Of a stretch of DNA of 64,000 bases, positions 1 to 11,506 are shown one piece after another. How positions within the stretch are numbered: position 1 is the stretch's first letter; each line of letters begins with the position of its first letter. Below the pieces are notes generated by a model. The model was not told the DNA's origin and ran no database searches. It worked only from the letters and a program-made list of their open reading frames with translations. The stretch comes from Candidatus Latescibacterota bacterium (GTDB lineage Bacteria; Latescibacterota; UBA2968; UBA8231), in NCBI GenBank assembly GCA_964291625.2, contig OZ220090.1, forward strand, positions 416,001 through 480,000, in the 5' to 3' direction. The position numbers and the translations under genes are program-made.

Positions 1-747
1 GCCCTCGACGACCCGGACTGCCCGGACAACGCCGCCCAGTACGCCCAGCTGGAGGCCTGGTCCCGGATCGCGCCGAACCTGCACGTGTGGGACTACTACA
101 TGAACCACGACCGCCGCGGGTTCCAGCTGCCCCTGCCCAACCTGCGGTGGGTCGACCGCAACGTGCGCGCCGAGGTCAGGCTCGGCGTCCGGGGCCTGTT
201 CACCCAGGCCTTCAGCAGCTCCCACGGCAACGAGTTCGAGGGCCTGCGCAACTACCTGCTGAGCCGGCTCATGTGGGACCCCTCCCTCGACGGGCGGACG
301 CTCATGGACGAGTGGCTGGACCTCCACTACGGCCCGGCGGCCCCGCCCATGCGGCGCTGGATCGACCGCCTCCACGACCGGTCCCAGGCCAGCGGCCTGC
401 ACCGCCACAGCCTCGGGGGCCGCTACGACGAGTACGGCCTCGACGAGTCGGACGCCATCGCCGGCCTGGAGGCGGTGGAGGAGGCGATGCGGCTGGCCGA
501 CAGCGACGCGGTGAGGCGCCGCGTCGGGAAGGCCTCCGTCTGGGCCTGGCGGGCCACCCTCGAGCCGGTGTGGTACGCCACGGAAGGGGTCGACCTCGAC
601 CCGGGGCAGGCGGAGGAGCTGCGCGCCCGGGCGAAGCGGTTCTTCGAGCTGTGCCGCGAGCACGACGTGCGGCGCACCGCCTCCGGCAGCTGGTTCGCCA
701 TCGAGAAGGCGGAGGCGCGGGTGCGCGCCGCCATCGGAGACTGGTAG
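1..747 (+). CDS. DUF4838-like protein, 5' end outside the window
   Basis: Frame is open from base 1. WDYY..N...PLPN, GVRGLFTQ and YLLSRLMWDP motifs resemble the DUF4838 family. Confidence 0.65.
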   Translation, partial: ALDDPDCPDNAAQYAQLEAWSRIAPNLHVWDYYMNHDRRGFQLPLPNLRWVDRNVRAEVRLGVRGLFTQAFSSSHGNEFEGLRNYLLSRLMWDPSLDGRTLMDEWLDLHYGPAAPPMRRWIDRLHDRSQASGLHRHSLGGRYDEYGLDESDAIAGLEAVEEAMRLADSDAVRRRVGKASVWAWRATLEPVWYATEGVDLDPGQAEELRARAKRFFELCREHDVRRTASGSWFAIEKAEARVRAAIGDW

Positions 748-1016
748 TGGCGACGGTCTTCATCCCCCGGCGGCTGCGGCCCCTGAGCGGTGGCCGGGGA
801 CAGCTCCGCGTGGAGGGCGCCACGGTGCGCCAGGTGATCGAGGCCCTGGAGGCCGAGTGCCCCGGGATCAGGGCCCGGCTCTACGACGCCGAGCACGACG
901 CCCTGACCCGCGGCATGGCGGTCACCGTCGACGGCGTCACCGGGGAGCTGGGCCTGCTGGAGAAGGTCGGCCCCGAGAGCGAGGTCCACTTCCTGCCCGC
1001 CATCGCCGGCGGCTGA
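747..1016 (+). CDS. MoaD/ThiS family ubiquitin-like sulfur carrier
   Basis: GTG at 747 overlaps the upstream TAG. VFIP..LR...G.TVRQVIEALE..CPG pattern and C-terminal LPAIAGG di-glycine. Confidence 0.85.
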   Translation: MATVFIPRRLRPLSGGRGQLRVEGATVRQVIEALEAECPGIRARLYDAEHDALTRGMAVTVDGVTGELGLLEKVGPESEVHFLPAIAGG

Positions 1017-1056
1017 ACCGGTTGCCATCGTTGGCACCATCGGCGTTTTTGATGGC

Positions 1057-2412
1057 ATGATCGACGTACGCCGGCTGCGAGCCGAGCCCGATGCCATGCG
1101 CCGCGCCATCGCCCTGCGCCGGGTCGACCCCGCGAAGGCCGACGTGGACCGCTTCCTCGAGGTCGACGGACAGCGCCGCGCCCTGCAGCAGGAGATCGAC
1201 GGCCTCAACTCGCAGAAGAAGGAGCTGGCCCGCCTCGGCCGCTCCGACCCCCAGGCCGCGCGCCAGAAAGGCCAGGAGCTGCGCGAGAAGGGACGCGAGC
1301 TGGACGCGCGCCTGGCCGGGCTGACCGCCGAGTGGCAGGCGATCCTCGAGTGGTTCCCCAACTGGCCCCACCCGGAGATGCCCGAGGGCGCCGGCGAGGA
1401 GGAGAACGCCGAGGAGTGCGTGTGGCTGCCGGGCGGCGGCTACCTGCCGCGGGAACAGCTCGGGTCCGGGCACCACTCGGCGGCGGCCATGCCGGAGGGC
1501 GCCATCCACGGGGAGGGGGAGTTCGAGCCCCGTGACCACTCCGAGCTGTCGGCGGACCTCGGCGCCGACACCCTGCAGGCCTCCAAGGTCTCGGGCTCCC
1601 GCTTCACCTACCTGACGGGGGACCTGGCGCGGATGCAGTACGCCCTGCAGCAGCTCCTCGCCGACGAGATGCTGCGCCGCGGTTACGAGATGATGGTGCC
1701 GCCCCTGCTCGTGCGGGAGCGCTCCCTCCACGGCACCTCCCACTTCCCCGAGGGCCGCGACCAGGTCTACGCCATCCAGACCGACAACGTCGAGGAGGGG
1801 ACCCAGCTCTTCCTGGTGGGCTCGTCGGAGCCGGCCAACTTCAGCTACTTCATGGACCGCACCCTCGACGAGGCCGACCTGCCCGTGAAGCTCTTCGCCT
1901 TCACCGCCTGCTTCCGCTCCGAGGCCGGCTCCTGGGGCAAGGACGTGAAGGGCATCAAGCGGCTCCACCAGTTCGACAAGCTGGAGATGAACGCCGTCTG
2001 CACCCCCGGCCAGTCGGAGGCGATGTACGAGGAGTTCGGCCAGATCAACGAGTGGCTCCTGCAGCAGCTGCGGCTGCCCTACCGCATGGTCGACAAGTGC
2101 GGGGGCGACGCCGGGTACCTCGCCAGCCACCGTCAGCGCGACGGCGAGGTGTGGATGCCCGGGACGGGGGAGTTCATGGAGGTCATGACCGACACCAACA
2201 CCACCGACTACCAGTCCCGCCGCATGAACATCCGCTACCGCCCCCGCGAGGGCGGCAGCCTGGTCTTCTGCCACACCGTCAACGACACGGGCTGCGCCAT
2301 GGGCCGCATGCTCATCGCCATCGTCGAGAACTACCAGCAGGCCGACGGCTCGGTGAAGGTGCCCGAGGTCCTGCGGGCGGTGGTCGGCAAGGCCCGCATC
2401 CAGCCCTCCTGA
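1057..2412 (+). CDS. serS: Serine--tRNA ligase (divergent)
   Basis: N-terminal coiled-coil arm. Class II motif 2 CFRSEAGSWGKDVKGIKRLHQFDKLE and C-terminal ENYQQADGSVKVPEVL. Confidence 0.9.
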   Translation: MIDVRRLRAEPDAMRRAIALRRVDPAKADVDRFLEVDGQRRALQQEIDGLNSQKKELARLGRSDPQAARQKGQELREKGRELDARLAGLTAEWQAILEWFPNWPHPEMPEGAGEEENAEECVWLPGGGYLPREQLGSGHHSAAAMPEGAIHGEGEFEPRDHSELSADLGADTLQASKVSGSRFTYLTGDLARMQYALQQLLADEMLRRGYEMMVPPLLVRERSLHGTSHFPEGRDQVYAIQTDNVEEGTQLFLVGSSEPANFSYFMDRTLDEADLPVKLFAFTACFRSEAGSWGKDVKGIKRLHQFDKLEMNAVCTPGQSEAMYEEFGQINEWLLQQLRLPYRMVDKCGGDAGYLASHRQRDGEVWMPGTGEFMEVMTDTNTTDYQSRRMNIRYRPREGGSLVFCHTVNDTGCAMGRMLIAIVENYQQADGSVKVPEVLRAVVGKARIQPS

Positions 2413-2429
2413 CCTTCGGGCCGCCACCG

Positions 2430-3788
2430 ATGGCAGAGATCCCCCGCATCGGCACCGACCGGCAGCTCCTCGTCGACACGTTCTGGATCGAGGACAGCCG
2501 CGGCGTGACCCGCAGGCTCCACGAGCCGATGCGCCGCAACACGGCGATCGCCGCGGACCGGCCCTGGGAGCGGGGCGGCGTCTCCTACATGACCGTCTTT
2601 GCCGATGACGGCCGATTTCGGGCCTGGTACCGCTGCGACGGCGACAACCCGATCCGCGACGACCAGCGCCAGCCCCTGATCGCCTGCGCCGAGAGCGGCG
2701 ACGGCGTCCACTGGGAGAAGCCGTCCCTGGGCCTGGTCGAGTTCGAGGGCTCCACCGACAACAACCTTGTCTGGCAGGGGCCGGGCAACAACCTCTCCCT
2801 CTTTCGCGACGACGGCCCGGGAGTGCCCGCCGACGAGCGCTACAAAGGCATCGTCCGGACCTCCGACCTCCTGGCCCTGGTCTCCCCCGACGGCCTGCGG
2901 TGGCGACTGCGCCGGGAGGAGCCGATCCACACGGACCGGCCCTTCGACTCCCACAACATCGCCTTCCGGGACCTCTTCCGCGGCGACTACGTCATCTACG
3001 CCCGCGGCGTGGCGGGCCGGGGCGACTTCAAGGGCGGTGTCCGCTGGGTGCGGCGCTCGACCTCCTCCGACTTCGAGAGCTGGAGCGAGTGGGAGTCCAT
3101 GGACGTGGGGCGCGAGCCGGACGAGCACCTCTACACCAACGCCTGCGTGCCCTACGAGCGCGCCCCGGGCACCTACCTCATGTTCCCCTCGCGCTTCGTG
3201 AAGGAGCGGAAGCCGGTGCCCGACTGGCCCCACGGCTCCGGCGTGAACGACATCCTCTTCCTGTCGAGCCGCGACGGCGTGCGCTTCGACGCCTCCCTGC
3301 GCGAGGCCTTCCTGCGGCCCGGACCCAACCCCGACAACTGGCACGAGCGCGCCGTCTACATGGAGCACGGCCTGCTGCACACCGCGCCGGGGGAGATCTC
3401 CCTCTTCGGCATGGAGAGCTGGCGCCTGCCCTCGAACCGCATCCGGCGCTACACCCTGCGCACCGACGGTTTCGTCTCCGTCAACGCCGGCTTCGCCGGG
3501 GGCGAGTTCACCACGCCCGCCTTCGTCTTCTCCGGCGGCGAGCTGGAGCTGAACTACTCCACCTCGGCCGCGGGCTCCCTGGGAGTGGAGCTTCAGCGGC
3601 CCGACGGTACCCCCGTCGAGGGGCGCACCCTCGCCGACTTCGGCGATCGCTACGGCGACGAGATCGAGGGCGCCGTGAGCTGGAACGGCCGCGGGGTGGG
3701 GGACCTGGCGGGAGAGCCGGTGCGCCTGCGCTTCACCCTGCAGGACGCGGACCTCTACGCCTTCCGCTTCCGCGATCCGGAGGGCTGA
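2430..3788 (+). CDS. Five-bladed beta-propeller glycoside hydrolase-like protein (GH32/43-like)
   Basis: ATG at 2430. AESGDGVHWEKPSLGLVEF, SPDGLRW and SRDGVRF Asp-box repeats, and C-terminal LRTDGFVS...LYAFRF. Confidence 0.7.
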   Translation: MAEIPRIGTDRQLLVDTFWIEDSRGVTRRLHEPMRRNTAIAADRPWERGGVSYMTVFADDGRFRAWYRCDGDNPIRDDQRQPLIACAESGDGVHWEKPSLGLVEFEGSTDNNLVWQGPGNNLSLFRDDGPGVPADERYKGIVRTSDLLALVSPDGLRWRLRREEPIHTDRPFDSHNIAFRDLFRGDYVIYARGVAGRGDFKGGVRWVRRSTSSDFESWSEWESMDVGREPDEHLYTNACVPYERAPGTYLMFPSRFVKERKPVPDWPHGSGVNDILFLSSRDGVRFDASLREAFLRPGPNPDNWHERAVYMEHGLLHTAPGEISLFGMESWRLPSNRIRRYTLRTDGFVSVNAGFAGGEFTTPAFVFSGGELELNYSTSAAGSLGVELQRPDGTPVEGRTLADFGDRYGDEIEGAVSWNGRGVGDLAGEPVRLRFTLQDADLYAFRFRDPEG

Positions 3789-3809
3789 GCCACCGGGGTT
3801 GTGCGAGCC

Positions 3810-5534
3810 TCACCGGAAGTGGGGCGTGTTCCGCAGGTGGTACTCCAGCAGGTGGCCGCGGGCGCCGATGTAGAACACGCCGTCCTCGAAGCCCTCCACG
3901 ATCTGGTAGAGGTCCGGGATCGGCGCCTTGTCGAGATCGACGAGGCGCTCGGCGGAGACATCGATCTTGAAGACCCGGGTCTTCGAGACGCCGTAGATGT
4001 CGCCGTCGCGGCCGGCGGTGAGGTGGACGATGCCGTGGGCCTCGGGCACGCCCGCGAGCGGGGTGCCCCCCTCATCGAGGCTCCAGCGCACCATCACCCG
4101 CCGTTGCTCCGGGCTGAAGGCGAAGAGGCCGCCCGTGTCGGTGGATCCGTAGACCAGGCCGGTGGCGGGGCTGCAGGCGAGGTTGCCGACGGCGATCGCC
4201 CCCCATTCGGGGATGCACTCGAAGACGCGGCGCTCCTCCCGCGGGCAGAACATGAAGAGCCGCGCCTCGGTGGTCGTCTCCACGCAGCCGCGGCCGCCGC
4301 GGATGCTGGTGCCGCCGTAGACCCAGGTCTCGTCGGAGGCGACCGACTGCACCGACTGGTCCTCGTCGCGGAAGACCTTCTTCTCCTCCGTCTCCGGGTC
4401 GAACCGCGCCAGGCCGCCGCCGGGGACGTGGTAGTTGGCGCGGCAGGCGATGTAGATGCGGCCGTCGGGGCCGACGGTGTACTCGAAGGGCCGGTTCATC
4501 TCCGGCCCGAGGCGGCCGAAGTTGCGGGGGTTGGCTTCCGGGTGCTCGCCGCCGTCCCCGGGCCGGGGGTTCCACGGCAGGGCCGGGTCGTAGGCGGCGA
4601 AGTAGCCGCCGCCGTAGCTGCCCATGTAGACCTTGCCGCCGCAGGCGATGACGTCGTAGACCTCGCCGCCTCCCCAGCCGACCTTGCCCAGATCCTCCAG
4701 GTGCCGCGAGACCGGGTCGAAGCGGAAGATGTGCATGGAGATGATCGTGGCGCCGTAGATGCGGCCGTCGGGCCCGCGGTGGAGGCCGCAGATGTCGGTG
4801 GCCACCGTGGGGCGGTAGTCGGCGCGGCGCTCCTCCCCGTCGACGGTCCAGGTGACTCCGTCCTGGCGGAAGCTGGAGGCGGCGATGGTGCGGTTCACCG
4901 CGGAGGAGGAGGGGGCCGGCTCGGGGTCCTCGCCGTCGGCCAGGACCCGCGTGGAGTCCGTGGACGGGTCGTAGGCGACGCGGCCCGAGGGGTCGCGCTG
5001 GATGCCGCAGACGACCTCGCCTTCGGCGGAGACGTGCTTGGGGCTGCACCAGACCTGCTGGCCCGGCACGTGGGGCGGCGGTGCCTGCACGCCGTGGTCG
5101 TGCCAGGCGTCGGCCTCCGGGTCGTAGCTGACGAGCCGGCCCTGGGGGTGGGTGCCGAGCCAGACGCGGCCGCCGGGGCCGAGGACGGCGTTGTAGAACC
5201 GCTGCTCGCTCATCAGGGGGAAGCCGTGGGAGCGCAGGCCGTGCTCCGGGGTCCACGACTGCAGGACGTGGCCGTACTCGTAGATCCCGTGGAGGGTGTG
5301 GACCCAGAGGGTGCCGTTCCGGGGGTCGACGTTGCACTGGAACTCGCGGCCGCAGATCCAGTGGCGCTCGACGATCTCGCCGGTGTCGGCGTCGATGCCG
5401 AAGAGGACCGAGCCCTCCTGGCCGAACTCGCCGCCCCAGAGGATGTCGATGCCGCGCCTGTGGTCCCGCGACACCCAGCCTCCCCCCATCCAGCCGCCCA
5501 CCACCGGACGGCCCACGTCGTAGAACACGCCCAT
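3810..5534 (-). CDS. Beta-propeller repeat protein of unknown function
   Basis: Repeated GPDGRIY / YDP / FDP blade motifs, with an AGGGAG RBS before the ATG. Confidence 0.7.
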   Translation of the reverse strand: MGVFYDVGRPVVGGWMGGGWVSRDHRRGIDILWGGEFGQEGSVLFGIDADTGEIVERHWICGREFQCNVDPRNGTLWVHTLHGIYEYGHVLQSWTPEHGLRSHGFPLMSEQRFYNAVLGPGGRVWLGTHPQGRLVSYDPEADAWHDHGVQAPPPHVPGQQVWCSPKHVSAEGEVVCGIQRDPSGRVAYDPSTDSTRVLADGEDPEPAPSSSAVNRTIAASSFRQDGVTWTVDGEERRADYRPTVATDICGLHRGPDGRIYGATIISMHIFRFDPVSRHLEDLGKVGWGGGEVYDVIACGGKVYMGSYGGGYFAAYDPALPWNPRPGDGGEHPEANPRNFGRLGPEMNRPFEYTVGPDGRIYIACRANYHVPGGGLARFDPETEEKKVFRDEDQSVQSVASDETWVYGGTSIRGGRGCVETTTEARLFMFCPREERRVFECIPEWGAIAVGNLACSPATGLVYGSTDTGGLFAFSPEQRRVMVRWSLDEGGTPLAGVPEAHGIVHLTAGRDGDIYGVSKTRVFKIDVSAERLVDLDKAPIPDLYQIVEGFEDGVFYIGARGHLLEYHLRNTPHFR

Positions 5535-5560
5535 GCTCGTCTCCCTCGGTTAGTCTCTCG

Positions 5561-6534
5561 CTACGGGGCCAGCCAGCCGCCGCTGTCGCGGAAGCCCGGG
5601 AAGCGCAGGACCTGGGCCGCCGTTTGTCCCATGAGCAGCCGGCGTTCCTCCGGCGTCAGGTCGGGGAAGACCTCGCCGGGCAGCCGCACGACCTCGCCGT
5701 ACCCGGGATCGACGTCGATCCACGGGAAGTCGGTGGCCCACATCATGCGGCCGGCGCCGAAGACCATGCGCAGGCTGTCTCCCCAGCCGGCCAGGTCGGG
5801 GTAGGGGTAGCCCTGCTTCGTGAAGGCGTAGTGGCCGGAGAAGTGGACGTAGACGTTCGGGTAGGGGTAGCGTCCCCGCGTGTTGCGGGGGATGCGCCCC
5901 ACCTTCAGGCCCAGGGTCGAGTAGCGGGTCTCCGGCGGCATCGGCACGTCGGCCTGGGGACGGCCCTTCTCGTCCCACCAGAACCTCGGCCCGGGGCAGA
6001 CCATGAGGTGGTTGAAGACGACCCGCACCTGGGGGAAGGCCTCGAAGAGGTGGGGGACGACGTGGGCGTCCACGGCCCGCGGGTAGAGCCAGATCACGTA
6101 GTCCCGCCGGGCCGCGCGCTCCCAGATGGGGTAGACGGGCAGGCGGCGCACGTCCACGGGCTCGAAGGGGTCGGCGGGGCCCCCCAGCCGGCTGAGGCGG
6201 AAGCCGATGACGCGGCCGTCGCTGGCCTCGGCGAGCCGGTCCATGTGGCCGCCCGGATCCTCGCAGTCGGGAGGGACCAGCCCGATCCCGAGGAAGCGGT
6301 CCGGGTGCTCGCGCAGGCAGTGGAGCAGGTAGGCGTGGACCTCGAGGCTGGTACCCCCGATCTGCACCAGCACGGCGCCGTCGACGCCGTGGCTCCCATG
6401 CGCTCCAGGAGCCGCTCCACCGGCGCCTCGCGCTCGGCTGGCAGGTGGTCGTTCACCTCCCGCGGGAACTCGGCCGACTGCCGCGCGAAGACGTGCAGGT
6501 GGGCGTCGATGACGGGGGAGGGCCGGGGCTTCAC
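5561..6534 (-). CDS. Amidohydrolase_2 family protein with a 1-nt frameshift near 6391-6397
   Basis: N-terminal VIDAHLHVF lies in one frame, and HGVDGAVLVQ...FNHL...RMMWATDFPW in another. One added base joins them. GTGA overlap with the upstream gene. Confidence 0.8.
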
Positions 6535-7271
6535 GGGGTGGTCTCCGCTTCGGGGCGGGGCTCCCGCCGGAAGAGCTGGCGGCGGTCGGCGGTGGTGAGG
6601 CGGTCGGCGAAGCGGGCGAAGGCGTCGGGGTTGAAGGTCGCCTCGGAACAGACCTCGTAGATGAGGATGATCGAGCGCCGGCCCTGGCGCGAGCGGTTGG
6701 CCAGGGAGGTGTGCAGGCCGTGGCTGTTGAAGACGACGGCCGTCCCGGCCTCGCCCTCGAAGACGCGGTGTCCCGGCATCTCCGACGGATCGGCCACGAG
6801 AGGATAGGGGCCGGCCTCCGGTCGGTGGCTGCCGGGTACGTAGGCGAAGGCGCCCTCCCGGCGGGAGACCGGGTCGAGGTAGATCTGCACCTTCAGGTGC
6901 AGGGGGGTGGAGCGCGGGACGTCGTAGTGCCAGCCGACGTAGCTGAGGGGCGCCGGCGGCAGGGTGCGGAACTGGGCCATGAGGAAGGTGACCTGGCCGC
7001 CGGTGAAGGCCATGAGGTGGCCGTACCAGGACGGGTGATCGACGAGGTCGAGGAAGAGCGGGTCCCGCGGCAGGGGGTCGGGGATGTCGAAGAAGGCCGC
7101 CGGCCGGGTGCCCTGCGAGACCCCCTCGAGCCAGTCCGGCCGGGCCTCGGCCGCCTCCCGGGAGAAGGCCTCCTGGACGCGGGACAGCTCCTCCCCGGAC
7201 AGCGCCCCGGGCAGGGGGACGACGCCGTCGGCGCGCCAGCGGCAGGTCTGCTCGGGGGTCGGTCCGTTCAC
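6531..7271 (-). CDS. Phytanoyl-CoA dioxygenase (PhyH) family protein
   Basis: WHYD (HxD), YVPGSH and LH distal His. GAAGGAG RBS before GTG at 7271. Confidence 0.85.
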   Translation of the reverse strand: MNGPTPEQTCRWRADGVVPLPGALSGEELSRVQEAFSREAAEARPDWLEGVSQGTRPAAFFDIPDPLPRDPLFLDLVDHPSWYGHLMAFTGGQVTFLMAQFRTLPPAPLSYVGWHYDVPRSTPLHLKVQIYLDPVSRREGAFAYVPGSHRPEAGPYPLVADPSEMPGHRVFEGEAGTAVVFNSHGLHTSLANRSRQGRRSIILIYEVCSEATFNPDAFARFADRLTTADRRQLFRREPRPEAETTP

Positions 7272-7347
7272 GGCATGGGCTCCTTCGAGGGGCCGCAAGT
7301 TAGTGACGGTCCCTGCCCTTACGCCACCGGAACCCCGGGGCGTCATT

Positions 7348-7375
7348 TTGACCCTGCTGGAGGGCCGGCTATCTT
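7348..7375 (+). promoter_or_regulatory. Putative sigma70 promoter for the cupin-mmsA genes
   Basis: TTGACC-N16-TATCTT upstream of a GAGGAGG RBS. Confidence 0.5.
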
Positions 7376-7411
7376 GGCCGCGCCGTTCACCCCCAAAGAG
7401 GAGGATCCGCC

Positions 7412-7773
7412 TTGGTCATCCGCAGCTGGCGCGACGCCAAACCCCACGTGGGCCACGAGAACAAGATCATCTGGTCCGTCTTCCGCTCGAAGGGCATCGA
7501 GGACCTGGAGGAGGGCGAGGCCTGCCTCCTCGGGATCTCCGGGGTCACCGTGCACCGCCTGCAGCCGGGGTGCGACGGGGACTACCACGACCACGAGAAC
7601 AAGGAGCAGGTCTACTACTTCACCGAGGGCCGGGCGAAGATGAAGATCGACGGCGAGATCTACGAGGTCCGCGCCGGCGACGCCGTGCACCTGCCGCCGA
7701 AGTGCATGCACCAGATCGTCAACGACACCGACGACTGGGTGGAGCACCTCATCATCAGCGCCACGGTGGACGA

Positions 7774-7777
<4 letters not shown>
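7412..7777 (+). CDS. Cupin domain protein
   Basis: HDHENKEQVYY...GDAVHLPPKCMHQIVN cupin motifs and a strong RBS. Confidence 0.85.
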
Positions 7778-9252
<1,475 letters not shown>

Positions 9253-9442
9253 GCGGGGGGTTCCGCGGCACGGCTCCGGCCCGAGGCGAGTCGGCGGTCC
9301 CGGCATCCCGGAGCCAGCTGATCCCTGCCTTCGCCGGACAGCGGCGAGCGCGGGTCAGGCTCCCGGCCTGCGAAGGCCCACACGAAACTGCCTGGCGGAC
9401 TCGACCTCGGACGCTGAAGTCCCAGGGCAGGGGACCGGCAGT

Positions 9443-10273
9443 TCAGGCCCCTCCCGCCGCCGCCATGCGCGGCTCCGCCAGGGAACGCCAGTTGTCGTAG
9501 TAGCGGCGGGTCCGTTCCGGCAGGGCGGGGCGCACGTTGTCGGCCAGCAGCCAGCGCTGGTCGCCCTTCTCGCCCTCGTCATACGCCGACCGGTGGTCGA
9601 TGAGGGCGCCCATCAGGGTGGAGCGGTCCTTCATGTCCTCGGGTTTGAGGCCCCGGTGGATGGTGTTGCCGTTCCAGAAGATGGTCTGGCCCTTCTCGAG
9701 GTCGATCCGCTGCCCTCCGGGCAACTCGCCCTGGCCGCCCTCCATCAGGCACTCCTTCTCCTCGTCGGTGCGGAAGCGCCGGTGGCTGCCCGGTACGATC
9801 CACAGGCAGGGATCGTCCACCAGGGCCATGTGCCACTTCACCATGTGCTTCCGGTGCCGGGCGAGGAGGGCCATCTCCTCCTCGTAGCCGGCGTTCCTGT
9901 CCTGGCCGCCCACGTCCCGGTGCCAGTTGCCCTTGTAGTCCCCGGCAATGGCGCACAGGTGCACCCATCCCAGCCGCAGCTCGTCCCCGAGGAGGGGGCG
10001 CACGCAACGCGCCACCTCCTCCGAGCCCAGGTACTCGGCGAAGACCGGCTCGCCGAACTCCGGGGCCATGAGCCCGCTCACGAAGGCCGGCTCCGCTCCC
10101 GGGCCGCCGGTGCGGATCCCGCCGTCGTCGTCCACCACCTCTCCCGAGCGGATGCGGTCCGCCACCCGGAGCGCCGCCGCCGCCAGCTCCTCCAGCATCC
10201 GCGGCTCCACGGCGTCGCCGGCGATGAAGTAGCCCTGCTCCCGGTACTGGTCGGCCCGTTCCCGGCCGGTCAT
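9443..10273 (-). CDS. Phytanoyl-CoA dioxygenase (PhyH) family protein
   Basis: YREQGYF, WHRD, VPGSHRR and TIHRG motifs. Confidence 0.85.
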   Translation of the reverse strand: MTGRERADQYREQGYFIAGDAVEPRMLEELAAAALRVADRIRSGEVVDDDGGIRTGGPGAEPAFVSGLMAPEFGEPVFAEYLGSEEVARCVRPLLGDELRLGWVHLCAIAGDYKGNWHRDVGGQDRNAGYEEEMALLARHRKHMVKWHMALVDDPCLWIVPGSHRRFRTDEEKECLMEGGQGELPGGQRIDLEKGQTIFWNGNTIHRGLKPEDMKDRSTLMGALIDHRSAYDEGEKGDQRWLLADNVRPALPERTRRYYDNWRSLAEPRMAAAGGA

Positions 10274-10320
10274 GTCACCGCTCTCCCGCAGTTGAGTGGT
10301 CTCTCCTCGGCGCCCACGGA

Positions 10321-11433
10321 TCAGTCCCGCTTGTAGGCCGCCATCTGCTCCATGTACTCCTCCCGCCCCTGGGCCCCTTTCTTGCTGTACATGCGGCCCG
10401 GGTGGGGCAGGATCTTCATGCTTCGGTCCTCGAGGGGCAGAGCGACCGGCGCGTGCCCCCGCCGGTGCGACTCGCGCAGGGCGATGCCGATCTCCAGGCC
10501 CTTGCGCATGTTGTCGCCGCTGGTCCTCGGCTCGCGGCCGGTCTCGAGGGCCTCGACGATGGCGCGCACGCTCGATGTCAGGCGGAAGCCGACCTCGCGC
10601 CAGCCTTCGTCGTCGTACCCGAGGTCCCAGGTGCCGGCTCTCTCGAACAGACCCTCCCGCTCGTGCAGCACCCTGTCGTCTCCGTCGTCGACGGCATCGT
10701 GATAGGAGAACTGCAGCCAGTCGCTGAGGAAGACGCCGTTCTCGGTGAGCACCTCGATCCCCCGCCGGCCCACGGGGTCCATGTGGACGTGGGCGAGGAT
10801 GCCGTTGGCGAAGCGGATGACGCCGCCCATGCCCTGGTCCCCCTCGTCCCAGGGGTCGCCGCGGACCCAGCCCGTGACCCACTCGACGCCGGCGTCGCCG
10901 GCCATGAGGCGCGTCACGCCGAGGCTCTGGCAGCCGCCGCCGAGGATCTCGTTGTGGGAGTGATAGACGTTGATGGCGCGGACCTCGCCGACCTCGCCCG
11001 AGTCGACCATCTCCCGGAACCGCCAGAACTGGGGCAGGTTGCGCCAGGCGTCGCCGCAGGCGAAGGGGATCCCCCGGGCCCGGCAGGTCTCGACCATGCG
11101 GTCGGCGTCGGCCAGGCTGGAGGCGATCGGCTTCTCCGAGAAGATCGCTCCCACGCCGGCCTCGGCGCAGTCGATCACGGCCTGGGGGTTGACGCTGACG
11201 GGCAGCACCGGCGCGGCGATGTCGAGACGCTCCTTCGCCAGCATCTCGTGATAGTCGCTGTAGACGTTGACCCCGAAGCGGCGTTGGAAGAGCTCCAGGT
11301 TCTCGGGGTCGGTGTCGGCGGCGGCCACCAGCTCGGTCTTCGGGTTGACCACGTAGGCCCGGGCGTGGTTGGAGCCCATGCGGCCGACCCCGATGATGCC
11401 GACGCGGTAGGGGGGTGTTCTCGATGCGCTCAT
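10321..11433 (-). CDS. Gfo/Idh/MocA family oxidoreductase
   Basis: VGIIGVGRMG Rossmann motif and EKPIA. Confidence 0.9.
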   Translation of the reverse strand: MSASRTPPYRVGIIGVGRMGSNHARAYVVNPKTELVAAADTDPENLELFQRRFGVNVYSDYHEMLAKERLDIAAPVLPVSVNPQAVIDCAEAGVGAIFSEKPIASSLADADRMVETCRARGIPFACGDAWRNLPQFWRFREMVDSGEVGEVRAINVYHSHNEILGGGCQSLGVTRLMAGDAGVEWVTGWVRGDPWDEGDQGMGGVIRFANGILAHVHMDPVGRRGIEVLTENGVFLSDWLQFSYHDAVDDGDDRVLHEREGLFERAGTWDLGYDDEGWREVGFRLTSSVRAIVEALETGREPRTSGDNMRKGLEIGIALRESHRRGHAPVALPLEDRSMKILPHPGRMYSKKGAQGREEYMEQMAAYKRD

Positions 11434-11506
11434 CTCTGGTCCCTTCGGTTTGTGGGTGGCCCTATGTTATGGTGCCGGCAGCGGGGAGGTCCATGCGGGA
11501 GGCCCC

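Noticed and set aside
9253-9442. 190-bp gap between convergent genes as a small gene or ncRNA
   Set aside because: There is no RBS-led ORF with typical codon usage and no convincing structure.
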